Shown here: piece after piece, positions 1-12,730 of the stretch
Position numbering within the stretch: the stretch's first letter is position 1
Layout: each line of letters starts with the position of its first letter
NCBI GenBank assembly: GCA_030390025.1
Contig: CM059432.1
Coordinates: 124,498,001-124,562,000, forward strand
Reading direction: 5' to 3'
DNA from: Squalus acanthias
Taxonomy: Eukaryota
DNA: 64,000 nucleotides
Translations under genes and position numbers: made by a program
The notes under the pieces: model-generated
What the model saw: the letters and a program-made list of their open reading frames with translations, nothing else
What the model was told of the DNA's origin: nothing
The model's database searches: none

Positions 1-111
1 TTAAGGTTCTTTTTAGATGTTTTTGGATAGGCTCCCAGGCAAACAGACCAAACTTAATAACATAGCAACTAAAAATACAAACAACTAACTACAGTATTCT
101 AGAGAAACTAA

Positions 112-425
112 AGCCCCAGTTTTAACCTGGGGCAGGCTCAGGGCGGGCAAGGTGCGGGAACGGGCGAGAGTCCCGCGAGGTTTCGCTGGTGGGTTTTGGC
201 GTCACGTGGCAGGACACCGATGGCGCCACTGGGGCACGGCTTGCACATTTTAATTAGGCCCTCATCTACCTGTGGCTGGCGGCCTCCGCACTGCCGGAAA
301 ACCCTGCAGTTCAAATAGTGGGGGCGGGAAAGCTGCAGGAGTGTAGCGGCTTCCACCCGGCCGCCATTTTAACTACCCCACCACCACATCATTCCCAGCA
401 GGTGGGTTGAGTTAAAATCGGGGCT
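112..425. mobile_element. Harbinger/Tourist-type MITE
   Basis: Imperfect TIRs AGCCCCAGTTTTAAC / GTTAAAATCGGGGCT, with TAA duplicated on both sides (109-111, 426-428). Confidence 0.75.
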
Positions 426-962
426 TAAGATATATTTTAACTTCACACCATTTTCCATTAACAAGTTACCAGGCAACCATAATGGACAAACCTTACCTCA
501 TGCAAGGCACAGGAATAATTCATTGTTTACACCTAGGCAGCCAGTAGCAATTCAACACAGTGACCACAATCAGAATTTCATAAGCAAATCCACATATTTA
601 CAACATTCACGCAAAAACCCTTCCTGAGAATGGTTTGTCCGGGCTTACCAGTAGAGTTCTATATAAACTTGCCCAAAAATAGTAAAGAATACATTTATTA
701 CCTAAACAGAAATATGGTAATGATAAGAAATAGATTATCATATAATAGCTGACAGTTCCCTCATGGCTGGAATTGCCTGATCAGTGCAAGACATTTGTGC
801 ATGTGTGTTATTCCCTGGGAAAGCTGTGTTTACAACAGATCCTAGATCTCAGGGCAACATTGTGTTGCCTGCCTCATTACTGATAGAGGAGCTAGTATTA
901 TCTGAGTACATGTATAAAGAAGCATATATGTCAACTACAAAAAGGACCTTCCTTGCTTGTCT

Positions 963-1429
963 GTCAGTCATGGCTCAGTTGGTAGCACCCTCACCTCTGA
1001 GTCACAAGGTTGTGGGTTCAAGTACCCACTCCAGAGTACTTGAGCACAAAAATCTAGGATGACACTCCAGTGTAGTGCTGAGGGAGTGCTGTGCTGTCGC
1101 AGGTGCTGTCTTTCAGATGAGATGTTAAACCGAGGCCCCGTCTGCTCTCTCAGGTGGGCATAAAAGATCCCAAGGCACTATTTCGAAGAAGAGCAGGGGA
1201 GTTATCCCCAGTGTCCGGGCCAATATTTATCCCTCAATCAACATAACAAAAACAGTTTATCTCATCATTATTACATTGCTGTTTGCGGGAGCTTGCTGTG
1301 CACAAATTGACTGCTGCATTTCCTACATTACAACAGTGACTACACTTCAAAAAGTACTTCATTGGCTGTAAAGCACTTTGGGACGTCCGGTGGTCGTGAA
1401 AGGCGCTGTATAAATGCAAATCTTTCTTT
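963..1429 (+). mobile_element. tRNA-derived SINE, SacSINE1/DeuSINE-like, with an L2-type tail
   Basis: A-box-like TGGCTCAGTTGG and B-box-like GGTTCAAGT, then a Deu-domain-like core (GATGAGATGTTAAACCGAGGCCCCGTCTGC...AAAAGATCCCAAGGCACTATTTCGAAGAAGAGCAGGGGAG) and tail AAAGGCGCTGTATAAATGCAA. Further copies occur at 23.9 and 29.3 kb. Confidence 0.85.
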
Positions 1430-1654
1430 AAATATATGCTTCTGTTTGATACAGATACCAGTGTCAGCTACTGACTGTTGTGTCCTCTAAGCTTTAGCTT
1501 ATCACTGGTTACCTTTATGGAAAATTGTTTCTAGCGCTTATTTTGTGATTGACTGAACCGTATAGGTTTCAGGTCTGTGCTGAGTTTGCTGATCTCAGCA
1601 AAGCAGATTCAAGGCTGTTATAATTCCCTGGCTAGGGAGTGCAAAAATCAGTCA

Positions 1655-2599
<945 letters not shown>

Positions 2600-2632
2600 T
2601 CAACTCCTTCTCCACTTACTAGAGCTTTCCAT
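2600..2632 (-). promoter_or_regulatory. Upstream ORF (MESSSKWRRS*) in the 5' UTR part of the CCDC102 exon
   Basis: ATG at 2632-2630 in a strong Kozak context (AAGATGG). TGA at 2602-2600 ends 6 nt before the main ATG at 2593. Confidence 0.5.
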
Positions 2633-3566
2633 CTTCAATTTCCTACAAAAGGAGTAAGTGTACAAATTATTCTATAAAACTTTAAACAATAAGACAGAAT
2701 AAATAGCTTCTAAATTCATTTTCAATGAAGCCTTTAAAATGCTATGCTTTTTGTAATCTTTTGAACACACACTGTACAGCAGATTTCAATCGCATCTGGT
2801 CAAGTAGTAAATCTCAGCACTACTGTCTGATCTTCCCCTCAGTCCCTTCCCCCAGCACCAAATAAATTTCATGCACAGTGTCATTGTATTTTCTGAATGA
2901 GCTCTTTCATACTGTTACTTCTGCTGCAAAACTTGAAACAGCAAATGCAAAAGGAATTTAAAAGCAACGGTTGTGATTTTCAAAATTGTTGCCAGACACT
3001 AACATCTTTTGGAGAGAAAGGGGAGCCTTTCTAAATTCCAGGCAATTACAAGAATTCTAAACACATCTTTTGTTTATTTACTTGTCCCATTACCATCCCC
3101 CTTTTGCTTGCATCATCATCCCTCCCGTCATTTAATCACTCCTGCATTCCACCCTATATTAGACCTTCCCTTTTGTTCTTTCCTCCCCTCCCGCCTTTCC
3201 TTGCCTCCGTACTCACTTAAAACCTGTTAGATCTCTTAACTTTTGCCAGTTCTGACGAAGGGTCATCGGCCTGAAACTTTGGGCTGGATTTTGTCAGTGT
3301 GGGCGGGCTGGGGCGTGTCAGGTGGAAATCGTGTCAGGACCCCGACTCCTAAGTGAAGTGTGGAAAAAGTGGGATTTTCCCCATATTGGGCAATTGATTT
3401 CCTGCGTGTGGGAACACCTGGCCCAATGAGTCTTTTCATACAGAAAGTCGCCTCTGATGACGTCATCAATGCTACTGGATTTAAGACCTGCAAGCAGCCT
3501 TGCTTCCTCTGGAGACTGCAAAGGCTCTGCAAATTGTATGAAGGTGTTGATTTCCCAACAATATCC

Positions 3567-5502
3567 ATGATCAAGCAAAAGTGTGCACCTCGGTTTGATG
3601 AGCCCTCCCTCCAAGCTCTGGTGCACGGAGCCAGAAGTAATAAGGAGGTGCTGTTCCCTTCCTCAGGGAGAAAAAAGCCACCTCAGCAGACAAAAGCTGT
3701 GTGGCTGCAAGTGGGCCAGGAGGTCAACTCCATTTCGCTGAGCCGCAGAACCTGGCTGCAATGCAGGAAGAGGTTTCATGATCTTCTCCGCACAGGAAAA
3801 GTGAGTATGACTTTCCCATCACCCTCAATCTGATCCCCATCGCCTCTCCTCACCAGCACTCTGCTTTGCCAACCTCTTCCGCCACATGCCACTTGACACT
3901 TACATGCCTGCACCCTTCCCCATTCCCTCTCTCTCGAAGGTCACATTCACTTAACTATTCGACCATGCAGCCCTCACACTCCCTATCACTGTGATGCCAT
4001 GACAACAACAACTTTCAACACACAGGGAGGGTCCTTTGTATCCTTCTAAGCATCTATGCTATGGATTATCTACACTCACTCCTTCATTCTCACTCAAACT
4101 CCACTTGTGTCCCTCATTGCAGGAAAAGAGAGCCCACAATAAGAGGGAAAGAGCCATGACAGGAGGAGGGCCACCCTCAGTAGCCCAGCTCACCGCCTGG
4201 GAGGAGGCGGCCCTGGAAATCGCTGGGATTGAGGAGGATTCCCAAGTGGGGGACGGACAGATGGGCACATCGCAGCAAGCTGGTGACAGAATAGTTTGGC
4301 ATCTCTCTCATTGACATTGCATGAGTCACTGATAATGAATCTGATGCGCTAACAGATTGACTTTTGATCATCTGCACTATTCAATGTTCATGTAACCTTG
4401 ACCTCACATCTCTAACTCTTTCTTTACTCCCCCACAAGACCATCAAAAGCCCCCGTCCCCACTGTCCAGGAGGAAGAGCCTGAGCTTCCAGACTCCTCAG
4501 AGGAAGCTGCAACCTCTGAGGGCGCAGCCTCAGCAGAATTCAGCGCACCCAGCACCAGCGCAGACACTCACACCTCGGTGGGACCTTCGCAAGATAGAGT
4601 AGTGTTGGCACCTGGTGTATCACAGCTCACAAGTGAGCATCAGCAGATGGTGGAGACAGGGACAGCAGTGGAGAGTCCTCGTCGGAGGGCGCAGGACTCC
4701 CAGCTCGGCTCAGCTGCATGTCGACCCTGTGCCTCCGGGTCCATCCAGAACGAGAGCGGTGCTGAAATTCCAGGAACAGGTGCAGGAGTCTCTGGCAGGT
4801 TTTGTCTCCAGGGTCGCTGCGACTGTCAAGCGAATGGAGGAGTCCATTGCGAACATGAGCAGAGCCTTTGTGGAGGCATTGGCACATGAACGCATCACCA
4901 CGGAAAGGATGGCAACCTCCGTGGAAAGGATGGCTACAGTAGAGGAGAGGATGGCTATGGCCATGGAGGAGCTAAGTCGCCAGAGTGTAGAAAACATGGT
5001 CATTGTTCAGAATAGACTGGCATCTCTTGAGGAGTGATGGTCAGCTACTGAGCATAGAAACCAGACCTTCATGGAAGTCCTCTGGAGTAGGACTTCCAGT
5101 GCAGAAACGGGTCCTCATGGCCCCCCTGAAGTGCAGCAAGGTGCTGTCAAGCCACTTGTTAGCTCTGAAGTGGGGCTGACCCATGAGAGGGATGTTGGTG
5201 GCAGACAACAAGGAAGTGGGGGCTCCTCTCCAAGCGCTCAAATGACCATGCCACTGCAAAGCCCTCGGTCAGAGCCACACCAGAGTCCTCACCCAACTGA
5301 GATGGACGTCTCATCCCCTGCACAGCCGCAGGAGCAGCAGACTGTTGCCGAGCCCTCACAGGTTCGCAACCCCAGAGGATGGCCGCCAAAGGTGTCGAGA
5401 CAGGAGCAGCAAGAAAGTGAGCAAGGGGCCTCCACATCTGCTGAAGCCACAGGGGAAGCACCACGTAGGAGCACGCGAAAGAGGAAGATAATGCGCAAGT
5501 AG
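3567..5502 (+). pseudogene. Harbinger Myb/SANT-like DNA-binding protein gene, 3 exons (3567-3800, 4123-4282, ~4438-5502), disabled
   Basis: Exon 1 reads APRFDEPSLQALV...KAVWLQVGQEVN...RTWLQCRKRFHDL and ends at a GTGAGT donor. Exon 2 reads EKRAHNKRERAMTGGGPP. Exon 3 has acidic and coiled-coil segments and ends RRSTRKRK. Lesions: exon 3 acceptor AG>AA (inferred by comparison with the 56570 copy), a frameshift near 4.7 kb and an in-frame TGA at 5035-5037. Confidence 0.8.
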
Positions 5503-5760
5503 TCACAAGGGTAGTCACTTGGGTGTTATGTTGTGTTTATTTTTGAAATGCCACCAGTTGCTTGTTGTGATAAAAAATTCTGATGGCAAACTGTTGAAGT
5601 TGTGGGCTGTGTCATTTCGCAAATGGGACTTCCACATTGAGGGCTTAGAGCGACTTGCAATTGTCAGTATGGTGGTCAGAGTGATAGGAATCCGCAGGTT
5701 CTTATCCATTGTCAATGCTCTGGTAAGAAGGTGCGAGGCAAAAGTGTTTGATTGTACAGG

Positions 5761-5990
5761 CTAAGCAAATGTGACCAACATGAGTGCATCCCTTGCATCC
5801 CGGGCAGCAATGTGGTCGCGCTCTGGCGACTTCTGGCCTGTGCATCTTCAGGTGGGTGACTAGCAGCTTGGCGCTCCTGTTGATGCTCCTGCTGTTGGTG
5901 CTGCTGTTGCTCATGTTTCTGCTGCTGCCGCGGCTGGTCTTCATCCGAATCTGATGTCCAGGAGGAAAGGAATTAAATGGTCGCCATGCT
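5761..5990 (-). pseudogene. Fused N- and C-terminal remnant of a Harbinger transposase with the catalytic core deleted
   Basis: Acidic, Gln-rich stretch (SDSDEDQPRQQQKHEQQQ...) runs directly into a C-terminus-like HIAARDARDALMLVTFA*. It is convergent with the Myb gene, as expected for Harbinger. Confidence 0.6.
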
Positions 5991-7211
5991 TCTGGTATAT
6001 GCCTCAGTTGAGGAAGCGCTTAGTCAAGGTGGGGAGAGGGGTTTCCCAGGAGGTCACACTGGAGATGGGTGTCAGGCTCCAAACTTCCACAACACTGAGT
6101 ATGCCTGCTAAAAGTTCCCCCAGACCTGAAACAACAAAGTTCTGCCACCTGCAAATGATCATTGGTGAAAACTCCTTTGTAATGGTGGAGCTGCAGCTGT
6201 TCGTAAGCAATCCACTTTTGAGGCCGCCAGCATTACCTGGCATGTTCCAGAGGAGGCGTGAGGGATGGGGGGGAATGACTAAAAATCGGAAAGGCCTCTC
6301 AAAATGGGATTATAGAGGCTATTAAGTGGTTGTTGAAGGCCTTAAGGGCCTATCCCGCCTCTTGGAGGCGGGATGGAAAGGGGGTCAGAAAACACACTTT
6401 TGGGAAAATTGCTCGGAGGTGGGATAAAGGCGGGATCGGTCCCACCCGCCATTTTTGGCGATTTTAACAACTCACACGCCTCCAATCCTGCCTCCTCGGG
6501 CCTGGCAAAATCAAGCCCATTAACTCTGTTTCTCTCTCCACAGATGCTGCCTGACCTGCTGAGCATTTCCAGCATTTTCTTTTTTTATTATACAAGGCTC
6601 TGGAGTTGGACTGCAGCTTAAACTAAAGCATTATTATCTCCCAATAGTTTGTAATCCTATTAAATAATTATTTTTCATCCTACTTGTGCTTGACAACAGA
6701 ATAGAGATGGAGCATTACGTTGGAGGGCAAGAGGTGGGATTTGGGGTTCAAAAGAGCAATAGGCAGCAGTGGGGGGGGAGTGGAAAATATCTGGGAGGAC
6801 AGAGGAAGGGGAAGGTGGAGCAGAGGGAGTGACAAGAGAGGGGAAAGGGAGAGAGGAAGGGGTTAGGAGAGTGGAAAGGGTAGGAGTTGCCGGGGCTGGG
6901 GGGTGGGGGGCTGGGGGTGCAGCTGGAAAATACTTGAAGGACAACCAGAAACCTGGAGCAGCAGCAGTATAAATAACTTGCTGGTGCTTAAAGGGGCTAC
7001 AGCAGCACTGAAGGAAGCAGGAAACTTTGGCAACAAGAAAGGTAGCCAGGTGAAAGATGTGAGCCAGACCATGATGTTCTCCTAATGGAGATACTGAATG
7101 GGAGGACAGAGTGTTTGGGGTTGGGAACCTACCAAAGATGTGGTACGCACTCTGTGGCAAGAGATGGCAATGATTGCCACCTCCTTGAGCTCCAGAATTT
7201 CTTTGCAGTGC

Positions 7212-7848
7212 AGGGTTTATTTCTAGAGGGATAGAATTGAAAAATAGAGAAGTTATGCTAAACTTGTATCGAACCTTGGTTAGACCACACTTGGAGCACT
7301 GCGTACAATGCTGGCCACCATGTTATAAAAGGGATATAGAGGCACTGGAGAGGGTGCAGAGAAGATTTACAAGGATGATACCAGAAATGCGAGGGTATAC
7401 CTATCAGGAAAGGAGGAACAGGCTGGGTCTCTTTTCTCTTGAAAAGAGAAGGCTGAGGGGTGGCCTAATAGAGGTCTTTAAAATTCTGAAAGGTTTTGAT
7501 AGAGTAGATACAGAGAGAGTGTTTCCACTTGTGGGGAAGAGCAAAACTAGAGGCCATCAACAGAAGATAGTCACCAAGAAATCAAATAGGGAATTCAGAA
7601 GGAACTTCTTTACCCAGAGGGTGGTGAGAATGTGGAACTTGCTACCACAGGGAGTGGTTGAAGCAAATAGTATAGATGCATTTAAGGGGAGGCTAGATAA
7701 GCATATGAGGGAGAAGGGAACAGAGGGTTATGCTGATAGAGTTAGATGAGGAAAGACAGGAGGAGGCTCGAGTGGAGCATAAACGCCGGCATGGACTGGT
7801 TGGGCCGAATGGCCTGTTTCTGTGCCATATATCCAATGTAATCCTATG
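7212..7848 (+). mobile_element. CR1 LINE, 3' fragment
   Basis: ORF 7237-7749 (LYRTLVRPHLEHCVQ...LERVQRRFTRMIP...RRNFFTQRVVRMWN) followed by a CR1 3' UTR (GGGCCGAATGGCCTG). Confidence 0.92.
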
Positions 7849-8519
7849 AAGAAGTTTACCAAGCTCATCAGAGCAGCCAAGGTAAACTCTAGGACCATTC
7901 TTGCTGTCTCTTTACATATGTGGCACTCCTTCATTCATTAACCTTGTGGTGTCAGAGGTGTAAGTGGGACCTGGCAGTAGAGAGCAAAGGCTCTGCAGAA
8001 GTCAGCCCATGGCTCCAAAGATTGTTTTCCAGATTGCTGGGGCCCTGCTCTAGAAATGATGCAGGATGTGCATTTTTGGAATGATTAACGTGGTGATTTT
8101 AATGTATTTTTGATGACAAACAAGAAAGTGGTCACTGTTATTAATGTGTTGGTCTTGTGTTTTCCAGACAGGGTTGCATTCAAGAAGTAAATGGAGGCAC
8201 TTCATGTAATGGAAGAATGGCCAGGACAGAGACTCTTTATCAACAAATAAGGATTTAGGTCTCACTGTCATGAATGTCTCAATTGCAGCATTCTTGCTGC
8301 CGTGGCTGTTGGTTTCTGCTGCTCCCTCTTCCTGTGGGTGATCTTCAACCTCCATGATGTGTCATCATTTGCCTCACCTTCCTCCTCCAGCACGTCCACC
8401 TCCATGCCTTTTTGGATTGCAAAGTTGTGCAGACACAACAGGACACTACAATGATTGACAGCATCCTAGGAGCATACAGAAGTGCCCCCCAGACCTAACC
8501 AGGGATCAGAATCTTCCTT

Positions 8520-11091
8520 CCCATCTCTGACCCCGAACGATCAGTCCTCAGCAAAGGCCTGAGCTTCATCATTTTACGCCCTCACCCCAATGAATTTTGA
8601 GCTCGGCACGACGCTGAGCTCTTTTTCCGTCGCCTTCATCTCCATGCTCACTTCTTTGGCCAGGAGTCTTCCCCCCGCACAGCTGACCCTTTCTCCTGCT
8701 TTCAGTTTTTCTCGTTCTACCTGGACCCCTCCCTCTGGCTTCTTAACCTCTCTAGATCTTTTTATTGCAAACTGCCGGTGTGACATCAGCCGTCTCAATT
8801 TCTCTGTTCCCCTCACTCACTCCAACCTACCTCCCTCTGAACTAGCAGCACTCCATTCACTCAGATCCAACCCCAACATTGTCATTAAACCTGCTGACAA
8901 GGGTGATGCTGTTGTTGTTTGGCGAACCGACCTCTACCTAGCGGAGGCTGAACGCCAACTCTCCGACACCTCCTCCTACCTCCCCCTGGACCATGACCCC
9001 ACTACCGAACATCAAGCCACCGTTTCCAAGACTGTCACTGACCTCATCTCCTCTGGAGATCTTCCCTCCATGGCTGCCAACCTCATAGTTCCCCAACCCC
9101 GCACAGCCCGCTTCTACCTCCTTCCCAAGATCCACAAACAGGACTGCCCTGGTAGACCCATCGTTTCAGCCTGTTCTTGCCCCATGGAACTTATCTCTTC
9201 CTATCTCAACTCTATTCTTTCTCCCCTTGTCCAGTCTCTTCCCACCTACATCCGCGACTCTTCCGACGCCCGATGCCACTTTAACAGTTTCCAGTTTCCT
9301 GGCCCCAACTGTCTCCTTTTCACTATGGACGTCCAATCCCTCTACACCTCCATCCCCCAACAGGATGGCCTGAGGGCGCTCCGCTTCTTCCTTGAACAGA
9401 GGCCCAACCAGTCCCCTTGGACGACCACACTCCTTCGCCTGGCTGAACATGTTCTCACATTGAACAACTTCTCCTTTGACTCCACTCACTTCTTCCAAAT
9501 TAAAGGTGTTGCTATGGGAACCCGCATGGGTCCTAGCTATGCCTGCCTTTTCGTGGGATATGTGGAACATTCTTTGTTCCAGCCCTACTCAGGTCCCCTC
9601 CCTCACCTCTTTTTCCAGTACATTGATGACTGTATCGGTGTCGTTTCCTGCTCTCGCCCTGAACTAGAAAATTTCATTCACTTTGCTTCCAATTTCCACC
9701 CTTCCCTCACCTTCACATGGTCCATCTCCGACTTTTCCCTTCCCTTCCTCGACTTCTCTGTCTCCATCTCTGGGGATAGGCTATTGACAAACATTCACTA
9801 TAAGCCCACTGACTCCCACAGCTACCTGGACTACACGTCCTCCCACCCCGCTTCCTGTAAGGACTCTCTTCCATTCTCCCAATTTCTCTGTCTCCGCCGC
9901 ATCTGCTCTGACGATGCCACCTTGCATACTAGTGCTTCCAACATGTCTTCCTTTTTCCTCAACCGAGGATTCCCCTCTACTGTGGTTGACACGGCCCTTG
10001 ACCGTGTCTGTTCTATTTCCCGCACTTCTGCTCTCACCCCTTCCCCTCCCTCCCGGAACCATGATAGGGTTCCCCTTGTCCTCACCTTTCAACCCACCAG
10101 CCTCCACATTCAACGGATCATCCTCCGCCATTGCCGCCACCTCCAGCGTGATCCCACCACCAAACACATCTTCCCCTCACCTCCCCTTTCAGCATTCTGA
10201 AGGGACCGCTCCCTGCGCAACACCCTGGTCCACTCCTCTATCACCCCCAACACCCCTTCCCCTTTGCCCGGCACCTTCACGTGCAAGCGCAGGAGATGCA
10301 ACACATGCCCTTTTACCTCCTCCCTTCCCACTGTCCAGGGCCCCAAACACTCCTTCCAGGTGAAACAGCGATTTACTTGTACTTCTTGCAATTTAGTATA
10401 CTGTATTTGCTGCTCACGATGCAGTCTCCTCGACATTGGGGAGACCAAACGCAGATTGGGTGACCGCTTTGCGGAACACCTCCGTTCAGTCCGTAAGGGT
10501 GACCCCGAACTTCTGGTCGCCTGTCACTTTAATTCTCCGCTCCACTCCCACTCTGACCTCACCGTCCTCGGCCTCTTACACTGTTCCAATGAAGCTCAAT
10601 GTAAGCTCGAGGAACAGCACCTCATCTTTCGATTAGGCACTTTACAGCCTTCTGGACTCAACATAGAGTTCAACAATTTCAGACCATAACCTCTGCCCCT
10701 ATCTTTTTTTTTCTCTCTCACATGGCAGCTGTCGATCATTCTGCCAGTGCCACTTACACTTCATCTGGAGTCATCTTTTGTTTCTTAACTTGTCCCATTA
10801 CCATCTCCTTTTGCCTTGCACCATCATCCCTTTTGTCTCTTAATCTCTCCTGCCTTCCATCCTATCACAGACCTTCCCTTTTGTTCTTTCCTTCCCTCCC
10901 CCCTTTCCCTGCCTCTGCACTTGCTCAAAAACCTGTTCCATCTCCAACTTTTTCCAGTTCTGACGAAGGGTCATCGACCTGAAACATTAACTCTGTTTCT
11001 CTCTCTACAGATGCTTCCTGACCTGCTGAGTATTTCCAGCATTTTCTGTTTTTATTTCAGATTTCCAGCATCCGCAGTATTTTGCTTTTGT
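8520..11091 (+). mobile_element. Penelope-like retroelement (RT + GIY-YIG endonuclease), 5'-truncated, with one in-frame stop
   Basis: Motifs KPADKG, LPKIHK..PGRPIVS, GVAMGTRMGPSYA, YIDD, a Cys linker CKRRRCNTC, and LVYCI...DIGETKRRLGDRFAEH. ORFs 8590-10200 and 10264-10689 are in the same frame, separated by a TGA. Direct repeat ATCAGAATCTTCCTT at 8505-8519 and 11092-11106. Confidence 0.95.
10956..10992 (+). ncRNA. Minimal type I hammerhead ribozyme motif in the Penelope 3' UTR (stem III mutated)
   Basis: AGTT-CTGACGA-AGGGTC-ATC-GACCT-GAAAC-ATT-AACT. The core boxes and stems I and II are present, but the ACGT palindrome has decayed to ACAT. Confidence 0.7.
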
Positions 11092-11499
11092 ATCAGAATC
11101 TTCCTTTTTGCTTTCCTATTACTTACTTGTTCTTGTATGACAGTTGTATCTCTGCTCAGCTGCACTGGTGATCCTGCGCAGTGCCATGAGAGGAAAAGAG
11201 TATCACTTGGCCTCAAGAAGCCTTCCTGCCATTTGTGCTTCATTCTAAAACATTGCTTGAATGCTTGACTTCTGGAGTATAAATGCACCATAACAGTTGA
11301 TTTTATGCTTGGAAGGCATGAAGGAATTGGTGCCGAGAATCACAGATTAGTTGCACATTGATGAAGTGAAAACCCTTTCTGTTACTGAAATTATGAGGTT
11401 TGTCATGTGAGGCTCATAAAGACACATGAATGCAGTCTTATTCATGATCCTGGGAATGATGCCACTATTGAACTGGACAACATAATTGTTTAGTGACCT

Positions 11500-11946
11500 C
11501 TGACCAATATCAAACATGATGGGTTGAGCAGGGAACTAAAACTCCCTGCTGTTCTTCAAAAGGTGACATGGGAATCCTGAAAAGTACCAGTTCTACCAGT
11601 CTCCCGACAGTACCCCCACCCTTCCCCCCCGGGAAGCAGCATAAATAGCTGTAAATGGACAGGTATGTTGTTTTCCTCTGGGTTCCAGCAGAACTACAGC
11701 AGAAGACTGATAGAACCCTCACAGAATTTCAGAGCTGGGATCTTTAACACCCACCTGAAACACCAGAAAAGTCAGATGAGGCCTCAGTTTACTGTCTCAT
11801 CCGAATAATAGCACCTCTGACAATGCAGCACTCCCTCAGTACTGCACTGCAGTGTCAGGCTAGATTGTGTGATCAAGTCCTGCAGTGCGGCTTGAAGCCA
11901 CAACCTTCTGATGCAGGAAGTACTACCAACTGAGCCAAGATAACAC
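11500..11946 (-). mobile_element. Old, interrupted SacSINE1/DeuSINE-like copy
   Basis: Reverse complement has TGGCTCAGTTGGTAG and the same core blocks as 963-1429, with a ~160 bp insert near 11580-11735. Confidence 0.6.
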
Positions 11947-12189
11947 AGTGTACTCTGCTCATAGATCTAAAGGGTGATTCCACTATCTAGCACTCCCAGG
12001 AGGGACTGGCACTTTACAGGGATCAAGGGCATACAGCCCATGGTTTTTGCCGATTAATGTTTCGAGCAGAAAATCATATGCTGCTCACCCAATTTTTCTC
12101 ATGGTGCTCTCCCTGCAATGTGGCCCACTGGGAAAGCTAGATTGCAGAATCATATCATTAATGTTCACTTTCATATCACTATTACACAT

Positions 12190-12730
12190 TACATAGAATC
12201 TACAGCACAGTAATACACCATTAGGCCCAACTAATCCATATGGTGTTTACATTCCACACGAGCCTCCTCCCACTCTAATTACCTCTTCCCACCCTGCCCC
12301 CTCTATTCCTGTCTCCCTCATATAGCCATCAAACCTCCCCTTAAATATGTCAATGCTATCGGCTTCAACCATTCCACGTGGCAGTGAGTTCCACTTTCTC
12401 ACCACTTTCTGTGCAAAGAAATTCCTCCTAAATGTTTGTGACTCTGTCCCCTTGTTCTCGACTCACCCACAACTGAAAACAGTTTCTCCACTTCCACCCT
12501 ATCAAACCCCTTCATAATTTTAATGAGCTGTATCAGGTCTCCTCTTAGTCTTCTCTTTTCCAAAGAAAAGTGTCCCAACCTGGTCAATCTTTCCTGATAG
12601 TTACACCCTCTCAATTCTGGTAACATCCTTGTAAATCTTTTCTGCATTTTCTTCAGTACTTCAATATCCGTTACTCAGTACTCCAAGTGTGGTCTAACCA
12701 AGGTTCTATATAAATTTAACATTACTTCCT
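12190..12730 (-). mobile_element. CR1 LINE, 3' fragment
   Basis: ORF 12399-12647 (QKRFTRMLPEL...FSLEKRRLRGDLI) plus a CR1 tail. Confidence 0.88.

Larger units (their letters stand above)
3281..6518 (+). mobile_element. Non-autonomous PIF/Harbinger DNA transposon (3.2 kb) with a Myb/SANT gene and an internally deleted transposase
   Basis: TIRs GGGCTGGATTTTGTCAG / CTGGCAAAATCAAGCCC (15/17 match), flanks TTT/ATT, clean interruption of a Penelope tail. Myb/SANT gene on +, transposase termini on -. Confidence 0.88.
3063..6590 (+). mobile_element. Short 3' fragment of a Penelope-like element (3063-3280 plus 6519-6590), split by a Harbinger insertion
   Basis: Matches the 3' UTR of the Penelope copy at about 10770-11055. 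It resumes at ATTAACTCTGTTTCTCTCTCCACAGATGCTGCC immediately after the Harbinger right TIR. Confidence 0.85.
8270..11480 (-). pseudogene. Decayed Harbinger (HARBI1-like DDE) transposase, split by a Penelope insertion
   Basis: Minus-strand remnants in the expected order: KGFHFINVQLICD (~11340-11380), AEQRYN (~11140-11165), then across the insertion GGALLYAP...CC.LHNFAI (~8415-8490). Many frameshifts. Confidence 0.7.

Noticed and set aside
649..701. Possible small minus-strand exon (ttag|GTAATA...ACTG|gtaagc) downstream of the CCDC102 exon
   Set aside because: The translation (VINVFFTIFGQVYIELY) is not recognisable as CCDC102, and such motif pairs arise by chance.
963..1040. tRNA-like sequence
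   Set aside because: It is the head of a SINE repeated several times in the window, not a tRNA gene.
3360..3566. N-terminal extension of the 157 aa ORF
   Set aside because: It starts at GTG inside the subterminal region. The paralogous copy starts at the position equivalent to ATG 3567.
6760..6925. G-rich purine tract (possible G-quadruplex) and its ORFs
   Set aside because: It is low-complexity sequence with no supporting context.
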